Source: a virus
Strand: one strand, 5' to 3'
DNA length: 62,256 nt
UHGV virus genome: UHGV-0344594
The position numbers were made by a program, and so were the translations under genes. The notes below the pieces were generated by a model. It made no database searches. It saw nothing but the letters and a program-made list of their open reading frames with translations, and had not been told where the DNA came from. This document shows positions 43,214 to 52,752 of the stretch, piece after piece; the first letter of the stretch is position 1; every line of letters begins with the position of its first letter.

Positions 43214-45556
43214 TCACTGCTGTGGTTGTGGTTGAGGCAGGCCAGCGGGCTGCTGTTCCTGCTGTTGCTGCTGGGCGGCCTGTTCCTGCTGGGCCTGTTG
43301 CTCCTGCATAGCCTGCTGCTCGGCAGCGGCTTGCTGTTGCTGCTCGGCCTGCATCACTGCAGCCTGGCGGGCTTCTTCCTCGCCTTCTGTTCGCGAGAGG
43401 AAGCTGGATTCGTGGAGAATGTTGTCTGCGACCGGAACGGCGGCGGGTTGTGACAGCGCCATAAGTGCGGCTTCCAGGGCAGCTTTTTGGGTGCTGACGT
43501 TCTGACCTGCCATAGACGCGAGGATCTGCTGCGCCTGAGCTTGTTCTTTGCCAGCTGACGCGGCGTTTTTCTGCGCATTGCTCTGTTTGAGAGCGGCGTC
43601 TGCCTCGTCTTTGGCAATGGCGGCCAGCTGTGCCCGTTGCTGCAGCTCTGCCTGCGCCTGCTTGGCCTTCTCGGCGGCAATCTCTTCCGGTGTTGGCTCT
43701 TCGGCGTCCGGGTCGCGCATACCAGTGACCTGGCGGATACGCTTAACCAGCTCTTCACGGCTGGCGATATCCATCCCTTCGACCAGAATATCCATCATGA
43801 CCAGTGCCAGCTGCGGCGCTACCGGTGCCAGCTGCTGCAGCAGGCCGAAAAGCTCTTCGGTCTGCGCCTGGCGGATGGTATTACGCCAGTCTTCCTCACC
43901 GATAATGAAATCGGCCTTCGTCCTGATGATATCGTTGTCCGGATCCCCATCGTTGATGGTGATGTATTCCGGGGTGTTGCGCATGTTCGTGATACGGAAC
44001 TGCTTCTCTTCGCTGTAGAACTGCTCGATTGCTGAAAGCAGCTTCTCACCATGCACCTGTACTGAAAATCGCAGGTTGTCGAAGATGAGCGTTGTAGCCA
44101 GTCCGCCCTGCTCCTGGCGCGCGGTGATTGCCTTCCCGCTCGATGCGTTGGTTTGTCGGCCCAGGTTCTCATCGGTTACGCCGGAAATCTGCTGAATCAT
44201 GCCGATAGAACGGCTCATCATATCCAGGTGCGCCTGGTCGAGGCCACGGTCAGCGTTCATGTCCAGTCGCTTGTTCGGCTTAACGACGATTACAGCGTCA
44301 GGTCTGGCCGCCTCTTCCCGGTACTCATCGATATCGTCTACTGCACCCTCTTCCATGATGGTTTTGTTCGTGGAAATGATGTGCAGCGCCTTACTGGCAC
44401 GCTTGTTGATGTCCTCCTGCATGTCGCGCAGGTTGCGTATCACGCCATAAGGCAGGTTGTCGCGGTCGCGGCGATAGCACCAGATCGGCGTAAACGGGAA
44501 TGAGTTGTGCCGGTATGGGCTTGGACCATCCCAAAGCATGCCACCGACGCAGAATATCGAGACGCGCATACGCATGGCGCGGGGAACAGTGACAGGGTAA
44601 GCGCGCTGTGCGTCAATATCCGCCTGGTGGCCTGGTGCCGGGTCATCGGGGTTGAAGATCTCACCGTTGAAGTCACCACCGCGCATTTTCTCCACTTCTT
44701 CGGTGACTTTGTGCCAGGCCTCAATAATGCGGACGCGCTCACGCTTGAACGTGGTGACGGCATTGCGGTAGTGCGATGTTTCGTTGAGGCGTTCTTGGCT
44801 GTCTGACGCATCGTCGCCGTAGTCATCGATCTCCCAGTCATTGGCGGCGCGGGCGCACAGACGCAGCAGCCCGGCACGGTCGGGGAACATGGCTTCAGCT
44901 ACATCGAGGTCCACCCACTTAAAGCGGAACACATAGCGGGCATCGGAAATGTCATCTTCGGTACAGGCGCTGTCCCACAGGATGTTACGCCAGCTCTCAT
45001 AGCGGTCATAAACAGGTTCGCCATCTTCTGGCTGCTGCAGGCCTTCCTCCATCCAGCCCACACCGACCTTCACGCAGTCAGCGAATGCCCGGCTACGGTT
45101 GAACGGCGTCCGGTTGACGTCGCTAAGATACTTCATGAGCTGGGTCTTACGCTCTGCAGCCTTCCCCGCCTCTTTGCGACGCGGCAGGATCTTCCAGTCC
45201 GTCCGTCCTCTCGCCTCAGAACCGAGTATCCAGTTGATGCTGGTGGCGATGACGTTATAGACCAGCGGCACCTGGCCGCGTTCTCTCAGCGCTGCGGCAT
45301 CCTGCTCACGCCACTGGATGCCATCATAGAAATCCGCGTCTCTGGCCTGCTGCTGGCGGTTATCAGCCTGGCGGGCCAGCTCATCCTGGAATATTCCCAG
45401 GAGGCGCGCATAGCGATTGACCATATCGGGATGGTCTAATTCATGGTCTGGTTTCCCGCGCTCTTCCTCGCTGGCGTATGCTGCGTCCGGTAAGTCATCG
45501 AGCGGCACATGTCTGGCGTCGCGCAGGTCAAAGCCCGTATCTGGTTTATCAAACAC
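43214..45556 (-). CDS. portal protein (780 aa) with Gln/Ala-rich C-terminal extension
   Basis: Large ORF directly after the terminase region. The long helical Q-rich C-terminus resembles P22-like portal barrels. Confidence 0.6.
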   Translation of the reverse strand: MFDKPDTGFDLRDARHVPLDDLPDAAYASEEERGKPDHELDHPDMVNRYARLLGIFQDELARQADNRQQQARDADFYDGIQWREQDAAALRERGQVPLVYNVIATSINWILGSEARGRTDWKILPRRKEAGKAAERKTQLMKYLSDVNRTPFNRSRAFADCVKVGVGWMEEGLQQPEDGEPVYDRYESWRNILWDSACTEDDISDARYVFRFKWVDLDVAEAMFPDRAGLLRLCARAANDWEIDDYGDDASDSQERLNETSHYRNAVTTFKRERVRIIEAWHKVTEEVEKMRGGDFNGEIFNPDDPAPGHQADIDAQRAYPVTVPRAMRMRVSIFCVGGMLWDGPSPYRHNSFPFTPIWCYRRDRDNLPYGVIRNLRDMQEDINKRASKALHIISTNKTIMEEGAVDDIDEYREEAARPDAVIVVKPNKRLDMNADRGLDQAHLDMMSRSIGMIQQISGVTDENLGRQTNASSGKAITARQEQGGLATTLIFDNLRFSVQVHGEKLLSAIEQFYSEEKQFRITNMRNTPEYITINDGDPDNDIIRTKADFIIGEEDWRNTIRQAQTEELFGLLQQLAPVAPQLALVMMDILVEGMDIASREELVKRIRQVTGMRDPDAEEPTPEEIAAEKAKQAQAELQQRAQLAAIAKDEADAALKQSNAQKNAASAGKEQAQAQQILASMAGQNVSTQKAALEAALMALSQPAAVPVADNILHESSFLSRTEGEEEARQAAVMQAEQQQQAAAEQQAMQEQQAQQEQAAQQQQQEQQPAGLPQPQPQQ

Positions 45557-45974
45557 GTTCGATTACCTCAGAGTGATGGGTTTTCCCTGTGTCGTGGTCG
45601 GTGCGGAATGCATCTGCGACGACGACGCCGGTTGTTGGCTTGGGAGGGATAGCGATCAGGTCGCCCAGGTGGTCGTGAATGAGGGTCACTATCTTCATGG
45701 CGGCGAACACGTTGCCGGTGTCCATGCCGTTCATGTCCAGGAAAGCCATGCACATGACGCGGTTCAGTTGCGGCATTGCCTGGGGGTCTTCCGGGTTCCA
45801 CTGCCAGGCGTCATCGAGGTCGATAATCAGCGGACGGCAGCTGGCGATGCGATAGGTGGGAACAACAACGAGGCACGGCTGATGCTCGACCCCGTACCAT
45901 GTACCGTAAATGGTCAGATCCCCGCGCTTATGCACGAAATGGTACTGAGTCAGGTCTAAAACGTGCTCTGCCAT
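45549..45974 (-). CDS. hypothetical protein between terL and portal (141 aa)
   Basis: ORF overlapping the portal start, preceded by a GTTGC-N7-GCAAC palindrome. Confidence 0.4.
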   Translation of the reverse strand: MAEHVLDLTQYHFVHKRGDLTIYGTWYGVEHQPCLVVVPTYRIASCRPLIIDLDDAWQWNPEDPQAMPQLNRVMCMAFLDMNGMDTGNVFAAMKIVTLIHDHLGDLIAIPPKPTTGVVVADAFRTDHDTGKTHHSEVIERV

Positions 45975-46005
45975 GATTGCCCTCTGTTGCGTTTATGTCT
46001 TATGC

Positions 46006-46022
46006 GTTGCCAGTATAGCAAC
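46006..46022. promoter_or_regulatory. GTTGC-N7-GCAAC palindrome (site 2, between terL and the 141-aa gene)
   Basis: Exact GTTGCCAGTATAGCAAC. Confidence 0.5.
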
Positions 46023-46027
46023 ACTTA

Positions 46028-47647
46028 TCACACAGCCATACCCGAAGTATTTCGTCTCGGCTTCGCCTTTGTGCGGCGGCGGCCAGCGTTCGGGTCCGTT
46101 CCGTACACCTGCGCCCACTGACGGAAGGCGTCGGCGGCCTCACTGTGACCGTCTTCTTTCTCTGGCTGGTCGGTGAATGTCTGCATCCGGTTGTTGAATT
46201 TTTTCCGGTAGCTATCCAGGTGAGCGATGCCCTCTTTACAGGCGTCCTTGTCGATCCAGGCTGTTGCCATCATGTTCCTGGTTATCTGGATGCCGTGCTG
46301 CAGCTCGGAGACGCGCTCAACGATCTCGATGCGACGGCGACCTTCCTTCTCCAGCATTTCTTTCGGCGTCAGGTTGGCATTCTGCCCCTGCCGTGCATGG
46401 TTTCCGTCGTGAGGCAGGTAGTCGGTGCCCCAAACATACCCCAGCTTGTCCAGCTCCCGGACGTAATAGCCGTATGGTTCGTCCCAGCCCTCAATGAAGC
46501 CGATAAAGCGATGCTCCTGCCCGATGTGCTGGTGCAGCCAGATAGCCGTTCCGTCTTTGCTGCCGATATCCCAAAAGGTATTGACCGGATAGCCAGGCGT
46601 ATACGGTACAGTGGTGATGCGCTTCTCCTTGCGCATCTTGACCATCTGTTTGGTGTAGTAGCAGCCTTCAGTCGATTTCTGGAAAGCCTCTTCCGGCGAG
46701 CTGGGGTATTCCTGCCACATCTTCTCGTCCTGGCCGGAATAGACGTTATCACGCGTGCTCACCCACCATGCCCGCTGCTCGATATCGATCATGGTGTCCA
46801 TTTTGGCTTCTATCTCGTCAAAATATTCGTGCTCCTTCTGCGAGATATCTACCAGCTCCGGATCCATGCGGTACTGCATATCCTCCCACCAGGGGTAGAA
46901 GTGGAAGGCGAACTCTTTGTTCGTGAGCCTGCGCCCCAGGGAGGCAATCTTCTGCGCCCGCTGGCACATCATGAAGAACTCGCCTTCCCGGCCTTCAGCT
47001 GTGGACTCGATGAAAATCATGCCCATTTCAGCCGCCGGGATTGAGCCGGTCACTACCTCATTGGCGCGGTCAGGGAACTTGGCGCAGATTTTACCGAACT
47101 CGGAAATGTGCAGGTGGGTCAGCGTACCGCCACGGAATGAGGTAGCAACGCTCACCTTGCTGCCGTTGTGGGCGAATTCCAGCGCGTCGGCGCGGTCGCG
47201 TACCAGCGGCATCACCGCACGCAGAACATCCGGCAGGTTGTCATAGCCGAACTTCACCTTGTCCCTGAATATCTCCTCAGCCATGTCCTGGTTATGCGCC
47301 ACGATAGCCGCTGTCGTCGGGTTATTGGCTGGGGCGAACAAAGCACAGTCGAGAAACAGGATGGCAATGAACGTCGTGAAGCCCAGCTGGCGCGCCTTTA
47401 AGATGATATTGCGCTTATGCAGCTTCTTCAGCAGCTTCCGCTGCGCCCGGTTCGGCTTGAATGGCACAATGCGGACTTCGCTTTCATCCTCTTCCCCGAA
47501 CTCATCGCGCGGTTTGGTCTTGATTTTGTACAGCTGCCCGGAGCACAGCCGCCAGTACGGGTCACAGAGGCACTGGAACAGCTCGTCATCGTTCGATGGC
47601 ACGAAATCGAGCGGCACTGAGCCGGGTTTAGCCACCTGCAAACTCAT
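46028..47647 (-). CDS. terL: terminase large subunit
   Basis: ATG 47647 after GAGGGGG. An N-terminal ATPase region is followed by a nuclease-like C-terminus and the gene follows terS. Confidence 0.75.
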   Translation of the reverse strand: MSLQVAKPGSVPLDFVPSNDDELFQCLCDPYWRLCSGQLYKIKTKPRDEFGEEDESEVRIVPFKPNRAQRKLLKKLHKRNIILKARQLGFTTFIAILFLDCALFAPANNPTTAAIVAHNQDMAEEIFRDKVKFGYDNLPDVLRAVMPLVRDRADALEFAHNGSKVSVATSFRGGTLTHLHISEFGKICAKFPDRANEVVTGSIPAAEMGMIFIESTAEGREGEFFMMCQRAQKIASLGRRLTNKEFAFHFYPWWEDMQYRMDPELVDISQKEHEYFDEIEAKMDTMIDIEQRAWWVSTRDNVYSGQDEKMWQEYPSSPEEAFQKSTEGCYYTKQMVKMRKEKRITTVPYTPGYPVNTFWDIGSKDGTAIWLHQHIGQEHRFIGFIEGWDEPYGYYVRELDKLGYVWGTDYLPHDGNHARQGQNANLTPKEMLEKEGRRRIEIVERVSELQHGIQITRNMMATAWIDKDACKEGIAHLDSYRKKFNNRMQTFTDQPEKEDGHSEAADAFRQWAQVYGTDPNAGRRRTKAKPRRNTSGMAV

Positions 47648-47745
47648 CGCGCCCCCTCGAAAAGCATTGATGTGAAGATATTGCACAGAAAACCGCTATA
47701 ATGCGGTGAGGCATGTGCATTTATTTCACTTTGAGGATATCGAAT

Positions 47746-47964
47746 ATGGGCGGATTTGAACTGAAACTCTGGCGCAATGGCCTGGGCTGGTCCCAGGAAC
47801 GGGCAGCTGAAGAGCTGGGAGTGAGCAGACGGACTTACCTTACGTGGGAACAGAAAGGCACCTCCCGCGTGGTCGAACTTGCCACGCAGGCGCTGTCCAT
47901 CAAAGCCGAATGGCCTGAAACCGCCAAAAAGCTGAATAGGCTGTCCACTCTCGCGAAACACTAA
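47746..47964 (+). CDS. XRE-family helix-turn-helix protein (72 aa), antisense-inserted between terS and terL
   Basis: MGGFELKLWRNGLGWSQERAAEELGVSRRTYLTWEQ is a classical HTH_XRE. TATAAT at 47694-47699 and RBS GAGGATATCGAAT. The opposite-strand ORF 47644-47961 looks like noise. Confidence 0.55.
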   Translation: MGGFELKLWRNGLGWSQERAAEELGVSRRTYLTWEQKGTSRVVELATQALSIKAEWPETAKKLNRLSTLAKH

Positions 47965-48743
47965 GTATCCTCTTTGTCCTGCTTAACTGGGGTGATAAGC
48001 GCGCCGGGCAGCTGCTGGAGCAGAACTTGCAATGGGTTCTGCTCATCCCCTTTAAGTGTCAGCTTATCATTGAACATGCCCAGGTGCCTCGCAATCTGGT
48101 CGAGGGCTGCTTTCTGGTCATGCATTTTTACTTCCAGCCCCTCTTTCGACTGCTTAACGCCTGCGAATAGGGCCAGCGCTGCCGGTGAAAGGTTACGGGT
48201 GTCCTGAAAGAAGGTATTCAGGTGGCCGTCTCCGTGACACTCCGGGCACTTGGCGTGCGGAGAGAGAGAGCTATCAAAGCCGTAGCCGCCATCATCGGTG
48301 ATATCGCGGGGCGGTCGCTCTTCCTGTTTGGCCGCCATAGTCTCGCGCGCTTTGGCGTTCTCGAACTCGTCCTCATCCTTCCACTGAAATGCATGGTCAA
48401 TGCCATAGCAGTGACGGCAGCACGTCCGGCGCAGCTGTGTCAGCTCGTTCGGGTTGGCGGTGGCTATCATCCAGTACCGCTGTAACACCATGTCCTGGGT
48501 GATTTTGGTGCGCTCTGAGCGCTTCTCCATGCCAGCCAGGATCGCAGCGTAGACCAGAGGCTTCACCTTACCATTGCTGACCCACATGTAGGCTTTCGTT
48601 CGGGCAACGGTGGCGCTATAACCGGCCGCAAGTGCAGCCCGTTCCGGTGACAAATCGATTAGATATTCGTCCACAAAGCGTTTATCGCGTGCTGATAGCT
48701 TTGTGGCCTTTGCTGTAGGCGTCTTGGTTTGTTTCCTGTTCAT
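47961..48743 (-). CDS. terS: terminase small subunit
   Basis: The N-terminal ..DKRFVDEYLIDLSPERAALAAGYS.. HTH is typical of TerS. Confidence 0.7.
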   Translation of the reverse strand: MNRKQTKTPTAKATKLSARDKRFVDEYLIDLSPERAALAAGYSATVARTKAYMWVSNGKVKPLVYAAILAGMEKRSERTKITQDMVLQRYWMIATANPNELTQLRRTCCRHCYGIDHAFQWKDEDEFENAKARETMAAKQEERPPRDITDDGGYGFDSSLSPHAKCPECHGDGHLNTFFQDTRNLSPAALALFAGVKQSKEGLEVKMHDQKAALDQIARHLGMFNDKLTLKGDEQNPLQVLLQQLPGALITPVKQDKEDT

Positions 48744-48828
48744 AACGTGTCCTTGCGGGTTGACATATCCGCATGCATCGGGAATCGCTCCCGGATCGCT
48801 TTGTTGCGATTGTAGAAACAGGGGTTAC

Positions 48829-49098
48829 GAAATGCAAACACTCAAGCCGATAGATGGGCGGTGGCTTTACTGGCAGCAGGTGGACCTGGCAAACGGCGTT
48901 TTCCGCGTGCAGGGCGCTGAATGGCGCACGGAATGTCCAGACCTAACAGAATGGGTTGACTGGACCGGTTCGGCGCAGCTGGAAGAAGAGATCGGCCTGG
49001 CTCTCGAAATGCTGGGCGCATACATGTTTGGTAAATGGGTAGGATTCGGAAAGTCGATAGACGGCATCTGTCATGGTATAGCCTGGATGGTGGCCTGA
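48829..49098 (+). CDS. hypothetical protein (89 aa)
   Basis: + strand ORF from internal ATG (MQTLKPIDGRW). First gene of the convergent + block. Confidence 0.35.
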   Translation, partial: EMQTLKPIDGRWLYWQQVDLANGVFRVQGAEWRTECPDLTEWVDWTGSAQLEEEIGLALEMLGAYMFGKWVGFGKSIDGICHGIAWMVA

Positions 49099-49265
49099 TG
49101 CGTGATCACTATTGTCCGTGGATAGGCAATACTTGCTAAGCGCTTTGTTGCTCTATCGCACTATTTGATTGCATATTTACAATACTCTTCTGGCGTTACC
49201 GCTAACGCTATATTATGATTACCTTGTACCGCGCAATATGCGCCAATAACAACGAGGTAACACCC

Positions 49266-49589
49266 ATGACTACCGAATGCACCGCTCTGCGTACTGATGG
49301 CTTTATAACCAACATCAAATCACGCAATCCATTCGATGTTATCCGCGCCGATGTAGTGCTGGAACGGCTGGAAAAACAGGCTCACCAGGGTTGCGGCCTG
49401 TACTATGAGATTTATGAGGCCCGCCTGCTCAGCTCAGCCATTGGTCATCTTGAAAAGCTCCCTCCGAAAGACCGTCAGACGTTCATCGCGGCGGCTGAAA
49501 AGAGAGGGTTGACGCTGAACGAGGAAGAGCTGGAACGCGCTGAAGACGCGTATGCCGATGTTATGAGCGAAATTCGTGCTGATTACTGA
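49266..49589 (+). CDS. hypothetical protein (107 aa)
   Basis: ATG after GAGGTAACACCC, preceded by the CCAATAACAAC leader motif. Confidence 0.45.
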   Translation: MTTECTALRTDGFITNIKSRNPFDVIRADVVLERLEKQAHQGCGLYYEIYEARLLSSAIGHLEKLPPKDRQTFIAAAEKRGLTLNEEELERAEDAYADVMSEIRADY

Positions 49590-49611
49590 GCAGGTGCCAA
49601 CATGCCAAAAT

Positions 49612-49766
49612 TACCAAGCGTTTTCCCGATTGTTCATGACCACGGCACCGACGCCAAAGGCGCGGAGCGTCACTGCCTGTCCCTGGTGACGGGCGGCTGG
49701 CGCGCGAAGTTGGTACGCCCAGCTGGCTGCGGATGGCGGGTGGTGATCACCGGATATCGCGGCTGA
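49612..49766 (+). CDS. small hypothetical protein (~51 aa)
   Basis: Sub-threshold ORF MPKLPSVFPIVHDHG.. in the gap. Confidence 0.2.
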
Positions 49767-49803
49767 GTGCTTTCACCCTGCGCCTGTCATGACGGGCGCA
49801 TGA

Positions 49804-50058
49804 ATGAAACCACAGAGCGAGGATAAATCCATGCCGACACTAAAATGTACGAAAGACGAAACAGGCTACTGGACAGTTGGCGAAACATACGCTGCCGGGT
49901 ACGCGGGTGGCGGTATTTTGTCTGTAGGCGATGACAGCGATCCGGAAGCGGATTGGCTGGCCCATCCCAAAGACTGGAAAGACGGCGACGATGAGGATGC
50001 CCTGATTTACCACATGCCTGGCTGCTTTGGTGAAGTGGAATTTGTCGAAGTCAATTGA
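49804..50058 (+). CDS. hypothetical acidic protein (84 aa)
   Basis: ORF. Confidence 0.4.
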   Translation: MKPQSEDKSMPTLKCTKDETGYWTVGETYAAGYAGGGILSVGDDSDPEADWLAHPKDWKDGDDEDALIYHMPGCFGEVEFVEVN

Positions 50059-50096
50059 ACGTGTTTTTACCAGCCCAGCAGGGCTAAGGACCATAT

Positions 50097-50363
50097 GTGA
50101 ACAGCACTACACCGCGCACCCAGCGCAGACGCCAGCCACCGCTGGAAGTAAACCAGAGCCTGATTGAGAAGCTGAACGGCTTTGTAGAAAGCGCCCGCAA
50201 GGGTGAGCAGGATACTGATTACGAATACGCGATCCGCATGTGGCGCTTCGCTATCCAGATCGTGGAACAGCTGAGCCACCGGGAAGCTGAGAAGCGCATA
50301 CCGTATTACCTGAACCGCATCGACTTCTGCGAAAAAATGGTGAAGCGAGGTAAGCGGTCATGA
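50097..50363 (+). CDS. hypothetical protein (88 aa)
   Basis: ORF. Confidence 0.4.
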   Translation: MNSTTPRTQRRRQPPLEVNQSLIEKLNGFVESARKGEQDTDYEYAIRMWRFAIQIVEQLSHREAEKRIPYYLNRIDFCEKMVKRGKRS

Positions 50364-50602
50364 TTACGATCCCAGTTACTGGCTACGCAATCGTCCTGGC
50401 ATGCTCGATTAACGCTGGCACGCCGGATTGCATCGAGCAGCTGGCTACCGGCTATGTGTGGGCCAATGCCCAGCGCTGCCAGGAAGAGCTGGACCACGCG
50501 AAAATACCCGGCGCGCAGTGTGAGAGCCTTTCCGGCATCACCGTTTCTGATGAAGGTACCGGCCCGGCACTGGCGCGCATGATCGACGTGGAGGGCATGT
50601 GA
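50360..50602 (+). CDS. small secreted/Cys-containing protein (80 aa)
   Basis: N-terminal hydrophobic segment MITIPVTGYAIVLACSINAG and four Cys residues. Confidence 0.35.
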   Translation: MITIPVTGYAIVLACSINAGTPDCIEQLATGYVWANAQRCQEELDHAKIPGAQCESLSGITVSDEGTGPALARMIDVEGM

Positions 50603-50820
50603 TTAAACCAAATCCAGGCGCGCTGCGGGCGCGGAACTACACCAAACGTCGCCAGGAGCAGGGCGACGTTAAAACCACCGTGTGGCTGAAAGGGAAGATA
50701 AACGCAGAGCTGCAGGCGCTGGCGAAGAAGGAAGGAGTTACCCGCGACGAGCTGATAGAGCGCATCTGTTCCGGGTACATAGAGTTTAAAACCAGACCAG
50801 TGACCCAACCCCACGAATAA
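50599..50820 (+). CDS. ribbon-helix-helix (Arc/CopG-like) protein (73 aa)
   Basis: ..TVWLKGKINAELQALAKKEGVTRDELIERI.. shows the beta-alpha-alpha pattern of RHH proteins. Confidence 0.4.
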   Translation: MIKPNPGALRARNYTKRRQEQGDVKTTVWLKGKINAELQALAKKEGVTRDELIERICSGYIEFKTRPVTQPHE

Positions 50821-50823
50821 ACA

Positions 50824-50858
50824 GCAGGAGCGCCCATAAGCGCTCCTGTTTCGTTTTA
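50824..50858 (+). terminator. rho-independent terminator (convergent junction)
   Basis: CAGGAGCGC-CCATAA-GCGCTCCTG followed by TTTCGTTTT. Confidence 0.7.
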
Positions 50859-51608
50859 TGGGGTGTCCTCCCGTTTTCTCTCTTCGTCCATAGCCAGCGC
50901 CTGGGCAACCACCTCATCGCGGTGCGCTTCAAACTTCTGCCGCGCCTCCTGGCGCTGCCTGGCCTGTTCTGCGTCGGCATCGACTTCCGCCTGGCGCATC
51001 GATTCACGCCAGGTTCGCATTAGCTCCGCCATGCGGGCGCGGTTGTCCTTCACCTGCTCCGGGCTTAGGTTCGGCAGCGCCAGCGCCTCCTCTTTGCGCG
51101 GAGGAGGCAAAAGCCCCCGGTTAACAGCCTGATCGACGGCGACGTCACGCAGTTGCTTATCCCATCCCTCGGAAACCTCGACGCTCGGAGCACCACCAGC
51201 TGCCTTTGCGATTGATACACTGCGGTCGTAGGCAGCGATGAAGGCCATGCGCGCCCCGATCTTGTCGCCCTCCTCCAGCAGCGGCAGCGCGATATTGAAA
51301 GCGTCCCGCGCCTCCCTCGTCCACACCACCGTGTTGCGCTCGTCAGCAGCTGGCAGCGCCAGTGACCAGGCCTCATTCGCGGATAGCCAGTCCCTGCCCG
51401 GTGACAACATGTCGATGATCGCCTTCAGCGTCAGCCTGCCGGTCGCCTCCTTCCGGACGCGGTTTAGTGCGGTCATCACTTCGTGGAAAGGGTATTCGTC
51501 CAGATCCTGCGCCATCACCAGCGCGGTGGTGGGCTTCATCTCACCCCCCATCACTTCGGCGGTCGCCACCAGCGTGCGCAGGACTTGTTCTTTCTCTTCG
51601 AGCGTCAT
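50856..51608 (-). CDS. putative replication protein (P-like helicase-loader position), 250 aa
   Basis: Immediately follows, and is coupled to, the O-like gene. There is no strong motif, so the function is assigned by position. Confidence 0.35.
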   Translation of the reverse strand: MTLEEKEQVLRTLVATAEVMGGEMKPTTALVMAQDLDEYPFHEVMTALNRVRKEATGRLTLKAIIDMLSPGRDWLSANEAWSLALPAADERNTVVWTREARDAFNIALPLLEEGDKIGARMAFIAAYDRSVSIAKAAGGAPSVEVSEGWDKQLRDVAVDQAVNRGLLPPPRKEEALALPNLSPEQVKDNRARMAELMRTWRESMRQAEVDADAEQARQRQEARQKFEAHRDEVVAQALAMDEERKREDTP

Positions 51609-52543
51609 TCTCTGCCCTCCCGCTCCCTCAGCATGCGGATAGCTTCATCGGCGGCGTTCGCGTTGGTCTGAGTGCTATCAATCTGGCGGGCGCGGCCCTG
51701 GGTCATTGCGCGGCCATTCATCCACTGCGTGCGGTAGCCCTCTGCGTTGAGCAGCAGGAAGTCGAGCGTATGGCTCGCCATAAGCACGCGCTGCTCGCTG
51801 ACGTTCTCGACGTAGAAACGGGCGACGCCAGGCGCTTCCCTGCCCAGCCGCTGGATGAGCTGCTTCACCTGCGCGTTGGTTTTCGCATTGCGCGGGATCG
51901 TCGTGTGATAGCGCTGCTCATAGGCTTTATCGAACCACTCCCAAAAGACAGTCCGGATCTTCTCGTAGCTGGGGCCGTTGTTCCTTTCGTCGTGCTGTTG
52001 CTGCTCCGACAACACTGCAGGCAAGCCAGCAGCGGCCGGGGGCGATTTTTCGCCGCCGGTAAGATTCTCTGAGGTAGTCTCTGTAGTAGTCTCTGTATGA
52101 AGATCGGGGCATTTTGCCCCGTTGGGTCGGGGCTTTTTGCCCTTAACGGCTGGGGCATTTTGCTCTGATGGGTTGGCGCAGTCTGCCCCATTCGATTGGT
52201 GCAAATTGCCCTGATCGGAGAGAAGCGCGTGCCGGTACTCAATTGTGTAAAAATTGGTGTGGTCGTGCTTCGATTTTCGCAGCTGCTTAACGTCCACCAG
52301 CCCCAGCTTTTTCAGCTTCGTCAGCGTCCGCTTGATGGTGTCCACGGACCAGAACGGGAAGTTATCGCGCTGCCATTCCTCGAACGTGTTGTAGACCCAT
52401 TTGCGGCCGTCGTGGACCTCGCCAGCGGTCGAGTCCTGGATCCAGTAGTTCAGTTGCTGCAGCACGATGGCTTCGTTCAGGCCGATACGGTCGGCCAGCT
52501 CCGCGTTAATGACGATGGGCTTGCGATTGAACAGGAGGCTCAT
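51605..52543 (-). CDS. replication initiator / replisome organiser (O-like), 312 aa
   Basis: The N-terminal region ..NFPFWSVDTIKRTLTKLKKLGLV.. resembles the phage replisome-organiser N-domain. Confidence 0.5.
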   Translation of the reverse strand: MSLLFNRKPIVINAELADRIGLNEAIVLQQLNYWIQDSTAGEVHDGRKWVYNTFEEWQRDNFPFWSVDTIKRTLTKLKKLGLVDVKQLRKSKHDHTNFYTIEYRHALLSDQGNLHQSNGADCANPSEQNAPAVKGKKPRPNGAKCPDLHTETTTETTSENLTGGEKSPPAAAGLPAVLSEQQQHDERNNGPSYEKIRTVFWEWFDKAYEQRYHTTIPRNAKTNAQVKQLIQRLGREAPGVARFYVENVSEQRVLMASHTLDFLLLNAEGYRTQWMNGRAMTQGRARQIDSTQTNANAADEAIRMLREREGRE

Positions 52544-52752
52544 TGCAGTGCCCCCCTGCGTGGATACATGACGAACTGCGCGCGGTAGTTGCGTGGGCCA
52601 GGTGCTGATGCTGTTGCCACGCGTAGGGAGGGGTTCTTACCGCTTGCGATAATGCGCATGATGGCCCGATATTCGCATGGGTTTTCCGCACGGATGTAGG
52701 CATATGGCCGAAGTCTGCCCGCCATGCGGTGACAAAAACGCCAGACTTTCAT
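52540..52752 (-). CDS. small basic protein (70 aa)
   Basis: ORF that exactly fills the gap with ATGA-type overlaps on both sides. Confidence 0.3.
   Translation of the reverse strand: MKVWRFCHRMAGRLRPYAYIRAENPCEYRAIMRIIASGKNPSLRVATASAPGPRNYRAQFVMYPRRGALQ

Noticed and set aside
40761-47044. + strand ORFs antisense to capsid (331 aa), scaffold (353 aa), portal and terL (299 aa).
   Set aside because: The same antisense-frame artefact, with repetitive Leu/Arg composition.
47644-47961. Minus-strand 105-aa ORF between terS and terL.
   Set aside because: The opposite strand encodes a clean XRE HTH with a TATAAT and RBS. The minus-strand product is proline/phenylalanine-rich noise.
42029-48841. 16-nt repeat GAAATGCAAACACTCA at 42029 and 48825.
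   Set aside because: About one exact 16-mer repeat is expected by chance in 62 kb on both strands, so it is not significant alone. The + strand ORF at 41923-42135 is therefore not supported.
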